Positions 1-12,063 of a stretch of 64,000 bases of DNA are shown in pieces. Every line of letters begins with the position of its first letter. Within the stretch, counting starts at the first letter, position 1. A model generated the notes under the pieces. It saw only the letters and a list, made by a program, of their open reading frames with translations. It had not been told where the DNA came from and searched no databases. A program made the translations under genes and the position numbers. The stretch comes from Chiloscyllium plagiosum (Eukaryota): NCBI RefSeq assembly GCF_004010195.1, contig NC_057751.1:18677543-18741542 (forward strand), given 5' to 3'.

Positions 1-2500
1 TTGAGAGGAGAACTGCCACCAGACTGTTGACTGCTCGTCAGAACTGTCTGAGAGGTACCTGTCTAGAGAAGGGGTTAGCACAGAGAAAGACACTGACACT
101 GACCTGGAGAGTAAATCTGCAAAGAGAAGATTCCACCGCTGACTGGTTTTCAAATTTGAATTTTTCAGTAAATCTTAATCGGGGTTTTTATTGGACTAGT
201 AGAATAGAAGAGGGGAAAAGGAAAAGGAAGATCCTTAGCTCAGCAAAAAGAGAGAATTTGAACTTGAGAACTTGTGACTCAGTCATCGAAGTCAAGTTAA
301 CAGGACGGAGATTAAAAGAGAAGGTATATATAAAAATGTCAAAACTGCCACATTTTGATGAGAAAACAATTGAAGTCTTCTTCATTTGATTTGAAAGCTT
401 GGCTGGGCATATTGAGTGGTCCGAGGCTTTATGGCTAATGGTAGTTCAGACTAAGCTGGTCGGCAGAGCTAGTGAGGTATCTGCTGTGCTGTCAGATGAG
501 GTGTCAAGAGATTATGAAGATGTTAAACAGGCTATTTTAAGTGCTTATGATTTAGAGAGATTAATTAAGTAGGTGACTTAGCTAAACAGCATCTAAAGAG
601 GGCACACAAATGTTTGTAGCCTGTGGCAGATAAAAGCTCTGAGAATCCAATGCTTTCCTGAGAGGTTGACGTGTTAGTACTATAACCAGTGATATGAGAT
701 CCTTTCAAAGCCAGGTTTAGTGGTCCCTATCAAATTGAGAAAAAGAAATGAGTCAGGTGAACTATCTGGTAAAGATGCCAGGTAGATGTGAATATGTTGA
801 AACCACATTATACTAGAGAGAAAGAGCTGGAGAAACAGGTGTAAGTTACTGCCTCACAGAGTGAGGAATTAAATCCAGATGATGTGAATTTTGAGGTGCC
901 TTAAAATATATTTTTAAAATGGAAAATCCTTGAGGAGTGGGATTGGTTAGTAATCTATCTGTCTCAGGAGCATAGAACTTAGTTGAAAGATTTGTTACTG
1001 CAGTATAAGGGCATATGTAAGAATCAGGTGGGGAGGACAAATGCTATTGTCCACGAAGTAGACGTAGGGAATATTGCTCTGATTAGACTCCACCCCTATC
1101 AGCTTAATCCTTTCAAAGCCAGGCAGGTCCAAATGGAGGCGGAGGCAATGCTCGAAGAGGACATCATCGGGAGAGCCAGAGTAAGTGGAGTTTGCCAATC
1201 ATCTTAGTTCCCAAACTGATGGGACTCAACAATTCTGCACGATGATTGCCGTTACAAACTCAGACTAACATCGAATTCCTAGATTGGAGCACTCCATCGA
1301 GAGAGTCGGACAAGCCAGTTACATCACCAAGTTGAACTTAATGCATGGTTACCTTTATCTGAGATGTCAAAATAAATTTCTGCTTTTGTAACTCCAAATG
1401 GGCTATTTCAGTTTAAAGTGATGTCCCTTGGAATGAAGAACACGCCCACCACATTCCAAAGACTCATGAACAGACTTGTGGCTAGGTTAACAAACTGTGC
1501 AGTCAAGTTGGACGATGTAGTGATCTTTACTAAGTCCTGGAAAGATCACATGGTATAGTTGGCAGAGCTCTTTGGATGACTGAGAAGCAAAACTGGTGAT
1601 AAACTTCAATCAAACTGAATTCGCAAAAGCAGCGGTGACGTTCTTGGGACATAACATTGATCATGTAAGGTTGACCTCACAGAAATCCAAGATGAAGGCC
1701 AGGTGAAGGAATTTCCACGACCAACCTCGGACTTCAATTGTTCGGTCTCAAAGGTTCGTTCCCAAACCTCAGCAGTGTCTAGCACCAATAACTGACTTGC
1801 TGAAGAAGAACACAAAGTTTTGATGAACAGAACCATGCCAAGAAGCATTCGAACATTTGAAATCAAATATTAAGCCCCAAACCAGTTTTAGCTGCACCAA
1901 ACTTTTCAAAACCATTTGATGAGGGTGGGATTGAAATGCCAGTTAGTTACTTTTCAAAGAAGATCAGTATCGACCAGAGGAAATACTCCACAATCTAAAA
2001 AGAACTATTGAGCTTGGCACTGGCCTTACAATATTTTAATGTGTATGTCATGAACAATGTTTTGGAGACGGTTGTGTACATGGATCACCATCCGCTTATT
2101 TTCTTAGAATGTTTTAAAGACAAGAGTATGAAAAGATTTCTTTGGACCGTTATGTTACAGACTTACAATTTCAAAATTGTACATGTGGGTCGTAAAAAAT
2201 GTAACCACAGATGCGTTATCACGGATTTAACTGATAAAGTTTAGATGAGATTTGCCTTTGTTTAATGTTATATACATAGTTATCGGGGAAGAAGTTAACG
2301 TGAACTTTAGATTAAAGTAATGTGTTTCAAGATTAGAGGGAAGAAAACATATTTTCATTATGATGGCTCGTTTTTACTTAAGGGCGGAGTTGTTATGAAG
2401 ACGTGGGTGTACTGTACCTTTAAGAAAGTTAAAAGCTAGCGGAACTACCTGAAAGCACCAAGTGTTCTCAACAAGATACAATGTCGCATGTGGTCCAATT
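1..2500 (+). mobile_element. Degenerate, internally deleted Gypsy (Gmr1-like) LTR retrotransposon
   Basis: Gag LPHFDEKTIEVFF...VKQAILSAY at ~340-550, then a jump to the integrase C-terminal FSGPYQIEK module (~715). RT (HEVDVGN...HPYQ, LDD at ~1508) and RNase H (YMDHHPL) follow. A PPT-like AAGGGCGGAG precedes the 3' LTR start TGTTATGA at 2391. Confidence 0.85.
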
Positions 2501-2889
2501 TTCAATTGTGGATTATTAGGAACAAAAGGGAGAAATTAAATTGGAATCGAAACCAATGTATCTTAGCGATAATTGTTTCTTGCAATAGGAGATGAATGGA
2601 TTTATTGTGGATAGTCAGCGTGGCTTTATACGGGGGACGTCTTATCTTATCAATAAAATTGAGTTTTGTTAGGAAGTAACGGGAATTATTCATGAGTACT
2701 GTATAAATGGACGGATTTTGTATGCATGGATTTTCCTAAAGCTTTTGACAAGCATGATGGGCTGGTTTCATGGCCTCACTGTGAATCAGCAAGTTAGAAA
2801 AAATTTGGTTAAAGGAGAAAAAGCATAGTTGTGTTTCTGAGAGAAATTTTGTAATTAATAGTGTTCTGTAACGATCAGTGCTGAGATAA

Positions 2890-3985
2890 CAAGCAACAAA
2901 GATCAACACAGCACAGGAACAGGCCCTTCGATCCTCCAAGCCTGCACTGACATATTTTGCCCTTCCATACTATAACTGTCTTCACTCACAGGAACTGTAT
3001 CCCTCTCATCATTTCCTAATCTTGCAATCGTCCAGGTGTTTTTTCAATGCTGCTATTGTGCTTACTTCCACCAATTCCTCCGCAGCGCATTCAGTATTTT
3101 CAACACCCTTTGTGTAAAAAAGCTTCCTCAACGTCTCTTTTAAACACACCCGGTCCCCCTCTCCCCAGCACATTGGATCTGTTACCCCTAGTAAATGACC
3201 CCTCCAGCACGGTAAAAAAAAAGCCTCATACTTTCCAGTTTGTTTATGCCATTCACAATCTTATAAACGTCTGTGCGGTCACCCCTCAACCTCCGGCATT
3301 CCAGTGAAGACAAGCGAAGCCTCTCCAATTTTCTTCATATTTAAAATCGCCCATACCAGGCAACACTCTGTAAAACTTTCCTGTAACGTCTCCAAAACAT
3401 CTACATCCATCTAGTGGTGTGGTGATCAGAACTGTACACAATATTCCTAATTTGGCCAAACTAAAATTGCATAACGCAGCAGCATAACTTGTCTATCCTT
3501 AAAATCAATGTCCCTTCCAATGAAGTCAAGCATGCTATAGGCCTACTTTACTATTTTACCTGAGTGCAGAGCCACCTTCAGGGAACTACGGATGTGCACG
3601 CTCAGATCTCTCTGTAGTATATCAATACTCCGAACTACTGCCATTCACTGTATATTTCTACCCGTACGTGACCTTCCGAAACGCATCAATTCACATTTGT
3701 CCGGATTAAACTCCATCTGCCATTTTTTTTCTGAGCATGCCTCCAGCTGACCTATATCCTGCTGTATGCTTTGACTATCCTGTTCATTTTCTGCAACTCA
3801 ACTTTCTGCATCGACCACAAATCAATTAGACCAGCAACGTTTTCTTCCTGATAATTTATGTAGATCGGGAAAAGCAGAGGTACCGATGTGATCCCTGTGG
3901 AACGTCACCGGTCACAACCTTCCTATTGCAAAAGCAAACTTTCACAATTACGCTCTGTCTCCTAGGACGAAGGATCGTCTGTTTT
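2890..3985 (-). mobile_element. CR1 LINE 3' fragment, decayed
   Basis: Minus strand encodes VTGDVPQGS and the CR1 C-terminal region. 3' tail-type ACAGCACAGGAACAGGCCCTTCG on the plus strand. Confidence 0.75.
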
Positions 3986-4039
3986 CTAAGTTTATGTGTT
4001 TCTGTCTGTATGTCTACGTATATGTGCATGTTTGTACAC

Positions 4040-4950
4040 AAGTATATAATACATGAATTTGTAGATGAAACGAAAATTGATAAAGTTGTGGGTCGTGACG
4101 AAAATTGTCACAAGTTAGCAGGACCGAGATCAGTTCGAAAGATATGTATCGAAAGGGCAGATGGAGTTTAATCTGGACGAACGTTAGCAGATGCATTTTT
4201 GGATGTTGAATGCAAGAAAGAAAGCAGAAATAAATGGCAGGACTCAGAAAAGCACTGAGACACCGAGGGGTCTTGTGATGCAAGTGCATAGCTCCTTGAA
4301 AGTGGCAATACAATTGCGTAAAGAGCTAACAAAGACATCCAGCATGCTTGCTTTCATCAGTTGGGGAACTCAGATAAAAGTTGGAGATCTATAATACTTT
4401 AGCTGGGTCGCAGTTGAGGCATTGAGTGCAATAGTAGTCACTGCACTTTAGAAAGGATCTGGAGGTTTTGGAGAGGGTGCAAAACATGTTCACCAAGGCG
4501 TTGTCTGGTATGGAATGTATTAGCTCTAAGGAGAGTTTTGACAAATTTGGACTGTTTTTGCTGGGCCTTACAGGCAGACTGAAGATCTGAAAAACGTCCA
4601 TGAAATTATGAGAAGTATGGACAGGGTAGATAACCAGAGTTTAAATTGAAAGGGTGTAAGTATCAAATACGAGATGGCATATGCATCAGGTGAGAGGGAA
4701 AAGGTGTAAAGTAGATGTGCAAGGGAATTCTTGCACAGTGGGTGGTAGGTGCTTGGAACTCACTTCCAGGTGAGGGGTAAAAACTGATATTATATCAATG
4801 TTTAAGGGGCATATCGACAGACAGTTGAACAGTTAAGGAGTAGATGGATATGGACCATGTCTACCTAGACGGGATTGTTTTAAAACGACACCATTGTTGC
4901 CACATACATGAATCAAGAGCCCTGAATTTGCACTGCAATCTTGTACGTTC
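4040..4950 (+). mobile_element. CR1 LINE 3' fragment, decayed
   Basis: FVDETKI (FADDTKI-like) and VQVHSSLKV-like segments, followed by the CR1 C-terminus and 3' UTR. Confidence 0.75.
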
Positions 4951-5688
4951 TTGAGGATGGGAGGGTCATCACAGGACTGGATACATGTAGTTAGTGACAC
5001 AACAAATTATGTACAGACAAAGAGACTAATTGAGGGAGAGGAACACAATGGAGGGGCTGGACACACTCAAGGGATGGAGAAATACAATGAGAGAGGGGGT
5101 AAAACGGAGAGAGGCAGCGGGCAGACAGACAGATGGAGAGTCAACCACAACATGTGAAGAGAAAAATAGACTGACGTGCAAGTAGTTTGCAGTGGCAGAA
5201 ATGGCTGGGAAGGAGGAAGGCTGAGACTGGAAAAGGGCGGACAATGCAAGGACAAGAGGGCAGACTTGCATGAATTCGACGGGCACAGAACTTTAATAAT
5301 GATACAGCAAGGCTGAAAAGCCTTGAATATTTGGCCACGATGCAGACCTGGCAAGAACAAGCGTGCGTGTGAATGGCTAGGGTACATGTTGGAATATAGC
5401 TGTACTAATGGGACTGGGAGAAACGATTGGTCACAATGGGGCAGTGGAGAATGGGAGCCAGGGCGGGATCAAATATGAACGAATTGGGAGGGGACATAGA
5501 GAACTGTGGGAAAGGGGAGGGCAGTACGCTTCTGCTGGAAACAGTTAACAGGCAGGGAATATGGAACTGATAAAGGGAGTGAGAAACCCAATATGATTCA
5601 TCAAAAAAAAGAATAGTGGAAGAACAGAATCCAATGATATCACTACTCATTTGAAAGGTTTGTGAGTCAGACAATGGCCAAATGATGT

Positions 5689-6768
5689 GGATGTAGGTTT
5701 GCTCACTGAGCTGGAATGTTCGTTTTCAGACGTTTCGTCACCATACTAGATAACATCATCAGTGAGCCTCCGGATGAAGCACTGGTGGTATGGCCTGCTT
5801 TCTATTTATGTGCCTAGGTTTCCTTGGATTGGTGATGTTATTTTCTGTGGTGATGCTATTCCCTCTTCATTTTCTCAGGAGGAGGTAAATGGGATCCAAG
5901 TCAATGTGTCAACAGACCAAATCATGAACTACAGAAGCAATCATCTCAACATCCACAAACGAAGCTGCATTAGAACATCATTTCAATGAGCCACCACACA
6001 CTGCAGCACAGAGGAACTACGAAGAGCTCATTGGATACTCGTTCTTTTTGAAGTGTATTCAAAAAGAACGAGTATCCAATGAACAAACTCCACTGATTTC
6101 TCGCAAATAAACCCAAACAAGCAGACGAACCACATCCAAAACCCTAACCACTCTCCACTACATCAAAGCCATCTCAGAAGTGACTGCCAGATTACTCAGA
6201 CCTCTTGCCATCATGGTAGCCCACAAACCCACCAACGCATTAAAACAGAGCTAATGAACTTGAAAGACCCTATACAGATAACAAGCAAAACTAATGTAAT
6301 TTACAAAATACCTTGCAGGAAAACAGTTCATTGGACAAACAGGCAGAAAACTAGCCACCAGGATACATGAACATCAACTAGCCACAAAAAGATATGACCC
6401 ACTCTCACCAGTATCTTTACGTACAGATGAGGAAGGACACCACTTCGACTAGGCCAACACATCCATTCTCACATCCATTCTCATGTGAGAATTCCCAGAA
6501 GCATGGCATTCCAACCGGAACTCTATCAACAAACACATCGACTTGGATCCCATTCACCACCGCTGCGAAAAAGAACAGGAAATGACACCACCAATCCAAG
6601 GAAACTAAACACATAACTAGAAAGCAGGCCATACCACCAATGCTTCATTTGGAGGCTCATTGATGATATTACCTGGTATGGTAACGAAATTTCTGAAAAT
6701 GAACCTTCCAGCTCAGTAAGCAAAACTACATCTAGAACCTCAACCTGAGCTACAAATCTTCTCAAAAC
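5689..6768 (+). mobile_element. Penelope-like element, 5'-truncated with inverted terminal repeat segment
   Basis: GIY-YIG remnant KTNVIYKIPC...IGQTGRKLATRIHEHQ (~6290-6380). 5689-5910 is an inverted copy of the 3' end. TSD TGGCCAAA[T/C]GATGT at 5675-5688 and 6769-6782. Confidence 0.85.
5726..5765 (-). ncRNA. Minimal hammerhead ribozyme motif in a PLE terminal repeat
   Basis: UCA-CUGAUGA-U-GUUAUC(UAGUAU)GGUGAC-GAA-ACGU-C-UGA: conserved core, helix II, palindromic helix III and a 3-bp helix I. Confidence 0.6.
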
Positions 6769-7417
6769 TGGCCAAACGATGTATGGGTCCGAATTTCACA
6801 GTGTACTTTGTCAGATATTTTATGTCAGCACAATCTACCGCTATTGCTGGCTGGGACAGAATTTGTTGCCTCTCCCAATTTGCTCCATAGAAAGGTGGTA
6901 GCGAGCTGCCAGCTTGAACTGCTGCATTAAACGACTCAAACTCAGTGTCACTGAAGGAACAGTGATATAATTCCAAGACAAAGTTATGAGTGTCCTGGAG
7001 GAGAATTTGCAGTGGCAGACTTCCCAGTTAAATGCTGCCCCGTCCTTCTCATTGGGAGTCGTGGTGATTTATGACCATGCTTTGGCGTTGCCTTAGTTAA
7101 GTTCTGCAATATGTCTTTGATGCACATACGCTCTTATTACAGAGCATCACAGGTACAAGGATTGGATGTGGTGCCACACAAGCGGATGCTTTGACCTGGA
7201 TGGTGTCGAGCTTCTCAAGTGCTGCTGGACGGGCACCAATACAGGAATATGGGGAGAATTCCACATTACACCTGACTTGTGCCTTGTCAATGATGGCCAG
7301 GCTTTGCGGAGTGAGATAGTGAATTCCTCGTGCAGTGCTCCTCGGATCTGACCTTCTCTTGCAGCATTGATCTGGTTAGTCAAGTTTATTTTATGGTGCA
7401 TTGAACTCCTAACATAT

Positions 7418-8111
7418 TGTTATGATTCTGTGGGCATACCGTACCTTTAAGAAAGTTAAAAACTAGCAAAACTACCTGACTGCACCAAGTATTCTCAATG
7501 AGGTAACAATGTAACACTTGGTCGAAAGCTATATTACTTGGGTTGCCTGGAGGCAAAAACAGATTTGAATTAGGCCAATCAGTTTAACTTATAACCCGAA
7601 AACATATTAAATTCCAATCAAGCTTGATTTTAGTGTATTGACAATCTTAAAAGAACAACGAAACAACCGATACTTTGGCGGTATAAGACCAGGGTAATTG
7701 AACAGTTGTGGGAGGACAACTGTCAAGCCAACGACATCTGGAGACTGCCCAGAAAATTGCTCTCTTAAAGGTACCTTTATCGAATAGTAACCTGTGAAGC
7801 AGAAATCGCTAAGAAGAAGGAACGAAGATTTGCTATCTGGCTGGTTTTTGAAAAGTTGAATTTTGGTAAACCTTAATTGGGCAGTTTTATCAGACTAGTA
7901 TTGTAGAAAGTGAAAGTAAAAAATAGGTTAGATGAAGGAGTTGTAAATAGTGGTTAGTTAATTATTCTCTTATACTTTAAGAAGTAAAGTAGTTAATTTC
8001 TACTTTAAATAGTTCTTGGCCTCTCGAATTTTCACAGGTTACTGCATGGGATAAATCTTTACTGTGGGTGCTAGCTTACATTAAGCAGAGGCTTTACCCC
8101 GTGTCATAACA
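7418..8111 (+). mobile_element. Solo Gypsy LTR
   Basis: TGTTATGA...TCATAACA perfect 8-bp terminal inverted repeat, with ATAT on both sides. The 5' part is similar to the LTR at 2391. Confidence 0.85.
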
Positions 8112-8320
8112 ATATGGCCTCTCCTCTTCTCGGCCTACCTACATTTTGAGTCAGGAATCCCTCCTGGATGCACTTGACAAAATCTGATCCATCAAGAATA
8201 TTTGCACGAAGGTGGTTCCAATATATATGAGGGATGTTGAAGTCACCCATGACAACAACCCTGTTATTTCTGCACCTTACCAAAATCCACCTCCAAATCT
8301 GCTCCGCCATGTCAAATGCA
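8112..8320 (-). mobile_element. CR1 endonuclease-domain fragment
   Basis: VVVMGDFNIPHIYW...FVKCIQEGFLTQNV..PRRGEAIL. Confidence 0.75.
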
Positions 8321-8869
8321 AACACAATGTAACATCCAATGTAGAAACATGCAGGTAGGATGCTTTCCATCATTTCTTCAAAACTTTCAGCAGTTTTAAC
8401 ATTTATCTCCCCACAGCCAGTCTATCTGCACTTTAAGATCGAGCCTTATATGCCTTTCGTTTCTCATCTCAGTATCAGAATAAGGCGATGCATGTCCAAT
8501 TCCTCAAGAATTAAAAGACAGATGATTTTTTTGAGAAGCGATTGCATAATGATGAGCAAAGACCGTTACTTCAACGATTACAATCATAGAATCTTTGCAT
8601 TGTGGAAGCAGGCCTTTCGACACATTTATTTCACATGAACCCTCCGAAGAGCATCCCAAACAATGCCAGTAACTTACATTTACGGTAGCGAATCCACTTG
8701 CAAACCTTATGCAATTCATCGTTGCTAATCCATCTATCCTGCACATTGTTGGGCTGTGGGATGAAACCAGATCACCTAGAGGAAACCCACACAGACACAG
8801 GAGAATTTGCAAACTCCAAACATAGACTCAAACAAAAGTGGGATTGAACCTTAACCTACTGCGAATCCT

Positions 8870-9603
8870 CTTGCAAGGATGCCTAACTTGAAGAAGCTCT
8901 CCTCCTCCCTCTACAAGTATCTCAGCGAGTCCCTCTCTCACTGCACCCCCCCCNNNNNNNNNNNNNNNNNNNNNNNNNNNNNNNNNNNNNNNNNNNNNNN
9001 NNNNNNNNNNNNNNNNNNNNNNNNNNNNNNNNNNNNNNNNNNNNNNNNNNNNNNNNNNNNNNNNNNNNNNNNNNNNNNNNNNNNNNNNNNNNNNNNNNNN
9101 NNNNNNNNNNNNNNNNNNNNNNNNNNNNNNNNNNNNNNNNNNNNNNNNNNNNNNNNNNNNNNNNNNNNNNNNNNNNNNNNNNNNNNNNNNNNNNNNNNNN
9201 NNNNNNNNNNNNNNNNNNNNNNNNNNNNNNNNNNNNNNNNNNNNNNNNNNNNNNNNNNNNNNNNNNNNNNNNNNNNNNNNNNNNNNNNNNNNNNNNNNNN
9301 NNNNNNNNNNNNNNNNNNNNNNNNNNNNNNNNNNNNNNNNNNNNNNNNNNNNNNNNNNNNNNNNNNNNNNNNNNNNNNNNNNNNNNNNNNNNNNNNNNNN
9401 NNNNNNNNNNNNNNNNNNNNNNNNNNNNNNNNNNNNNNNTCCCTCCCCCCTACCTTTTATCTCAGCCCGCTTGGCACACCAGCCTCATTCCTGAAAAACG
9501 TCGATCCCCTCGCTCCTCGGCCGCTGCTTGGCCTGCTGTGTTTTTCCAGCACCACATTTTTCAAATCTGATACTCCAGTATCTGAAGTCCTCACTTTCTG
9601 CTA
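8870..9603 (+). mobile_element. Penelope-like element spanning an assembly gap (N 8954-9439)
   Basis: The 5' end resembles the PLE segment at ~30010. The 3' end resembles the other PLE terminal repeats (...TTCCAGCACCACATT...CCTCACTTTCT). Confidence 0.7.
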
Positions 9604-10396
9604 ATTGAACCCGGATGCCTGGTCCTGTGACTCAGCAGTGCTAATGACAGAGCCACCTTGTCACCAATTGTCCTGCTCTTTAGGAGATGCAGAATTGGCA
9701 TGGTGGTGGTCAAAGTGGCCAACCTATGTCGTACAATGAACATGAGAGTGAGATGATTTGATTTTGAAGTTGTTTTGGAGAAGCGGGATGATCTTCCACA
9801 TGAGAGATGTATAGAGTTGGGAGTGAACATTATAAAAGAGGTGAAAACATTCACATTACCTACGACTCCTGAGCCTTGCTGATGTTGTCATTCCTGATGT
9901 CAACACTGATATCATCCCTACTCAAGGAGGCCTCAGACCAATCAGAAACACACCCACATCCCCATTAGATCCCTCTGTATGCAGATTCCCGCTCTTCTCG
10001 AGGCTACATATTTGAGGAGTTCCACATGTAATGTCTCTGGGGAGAGGAAGCGACTAGTAAATGGTTATGTCGAAAGTGAGAGGAGGGAATGGGGAGCATT
10101 GGTGACGTCTGTGAATTTAAGTCATTGTTTCAGCTATGTATTATTCAGAACAAAACAAAATTAATGACACAATGGAGAGCCGAATGTGCTCCACGCACAA
10201 AGCACTGTACCCACTCGGCGAAGTTCTGCTCACAGCTTGTCAATTCAAGCTCACCACCAACTCATCCTTGCCACTCAATAAAAGATGCACCAGTTGATGG
10301 CTGGGGCGATAATTGAAGTTTCTTTCAGATTGAGGCTTATTCTGGCCTGGACATCGTTCCTGTGTTACCGACAGTATATTTGGGCCAAGGATAAGT

Positions 10397-12063
10397 TTAG
10401 AGTTGTTCTAAACGGGATCGAGCTTTTACTAATTTTGCAATGTGTGGGAATGGGTAGTTTACACTGTTCTTGAGTTCATTTCCGAATTCTCGCTGGGTCA
10501 CAGTGTAAATGGAAATGTTAGTACATGTACTGAGGAGCTGTTACATGCCTGACGTCTGTTCTGTTATATAAGTAGATCTGAGCAGGATGCAAAAACATAT
10601 GTTTGCAATTTGCAGATAAATGTGAGGTGAGGATTTTGGGGAGAATAAGAGGAAGGCAGAGTACTGGGTCAATGGAAAGATTCTTGGTAGTGTGGATGTG
10701 CAGCGGGATTTTGGAGTCTATGTACATAGATCCCTGAAAGTTGTCACCCAGGTGGATAGTGCTGTTAAGAAGGCATACGGAGTTTCATTCGTAGAGGGAT
10801 TGAGTTCTGGAGCTGCAATATGTGCTGCAACTATACAAAATGCTAGTGCGGCCACACTTGGAATATTGTGTACAGTTCTGGTCCCCACTTTTGGGGAAGG
10901 ATGTGGAAGCATTGGAAAAAGGTGCAGAGGAGATTTATCAGGATGTTGCCTCTCTGGAGGGAAGATCATATGGGGAAAGGCTGAGAGAGTTGGCTCTGTT
11001 CTCTTCGGAAAGAAGAAGGCAAAGAGGGAATTTGATAGTGACATACAAGATGGTCAGATTATTAGATTGGGTTCACAGGGAAAATCTTTTCCCTAGGATG
11101 ATGACGTCAGCTTGTACGAGGGGGCATAATTATAAATTGAGGGGTGTTAGATTTAAAACAGATGGCAGAGGGAAGGCTCTTTACTCAGAGTGGTACCTGC
11201 TGATATCGTCAACTCAGCCACTTTAGGGAGATTTAAACAATTCTTGGATAAGAACATGGATGATGATGGGATAATGTAGGGGGACGAACTGAGAATAGTT
11301 CACAGGTCGGCGCACCATGGAGGGCCTGATCTGCACTGTATTGTTCTATGCTCTATATTCTATTATAAACAACCCAAGTTACCAATAAAACAATGAAAGT
11401 GCCAGATATACTGAAGAATTGAATAATGGAGTTTCTTCGCTTCTCCATCTCTTGGTCTTTGTGATTCCCTACAAAGGTGCAGCCATGGAGGCCATGTCGG
11501 ACTCGACTTGTCACTTTAATGCGCCTGACAGTCAGAATATTGAGGAGCAAAACAAGAAAAAACAGGAGAATGGGAGTTAATATGAAACAAAAGATGACAA
11601 ATGTGGTCCATGCCGAGAAGCAACAAAGTTTCGTTTCAATCTACATTCCCAGGGAACAGCAGCAACAATCATAAATCGAGCTTCCTGTGTAAAGTGGGCA
11701 CGAAGAGTCTCCAAACAGCTCAGTATGCTCACTGTTGTTAGAACCAGAGCCGCTGGGTTTTTTTTCAGTGCAGTACTTTGTTTAGCTTCTCACAGCAAAT
11801 GGCCACAAATCGATCACGGGTGAAAGTCACAGTGAGCCAAATGGAAACAACTGTGGCTGCAAAACTCAACGTGGTCATGAGACAACAAACAGGAGTAATC
11901 AGGAGATATGAATCTCGGAAATAAATTGCAGCCAACCACCTCAGTTTACCTTCCGTGACAGCGAATAGAAGAACAGCCACTGCCATCCCAACCAGGTAGC
12001 TAATGATGCATTTGGACAAAGAACACTTTCTGTGGGACAGGATGACGACTGCAATGAGGCTAA
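10397..12063 (-). pseudogene. GPR139-like pseudogene B (exon 2 equivalent) split by a CR1 insertion
   Basis: Acceptor TTTCCCTTTTAG|TTAGC, then ILSHRKCSLSKCIISYLVGMA and SIWLTVTFTRDRFVAICCEKL. Frameshifts follow, then LLNILTVRRI...DQEMEKRRNSII. Beyond the CR1 it resumes with QLLSTCTNISIYTVTQREFGNELKNSVNYPF...stop at 10397. Confidence 0.88.
10611..11356 (+). mobile_element. CR1 LINE 3' fragment inserted in pseudogene B
   Basis: QRDFGVYVHRSLKV and LYKMLVRPHLEYCVQFWSP. Tail TTGTTCTATGCTCTAT. Confidence 0.9.
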
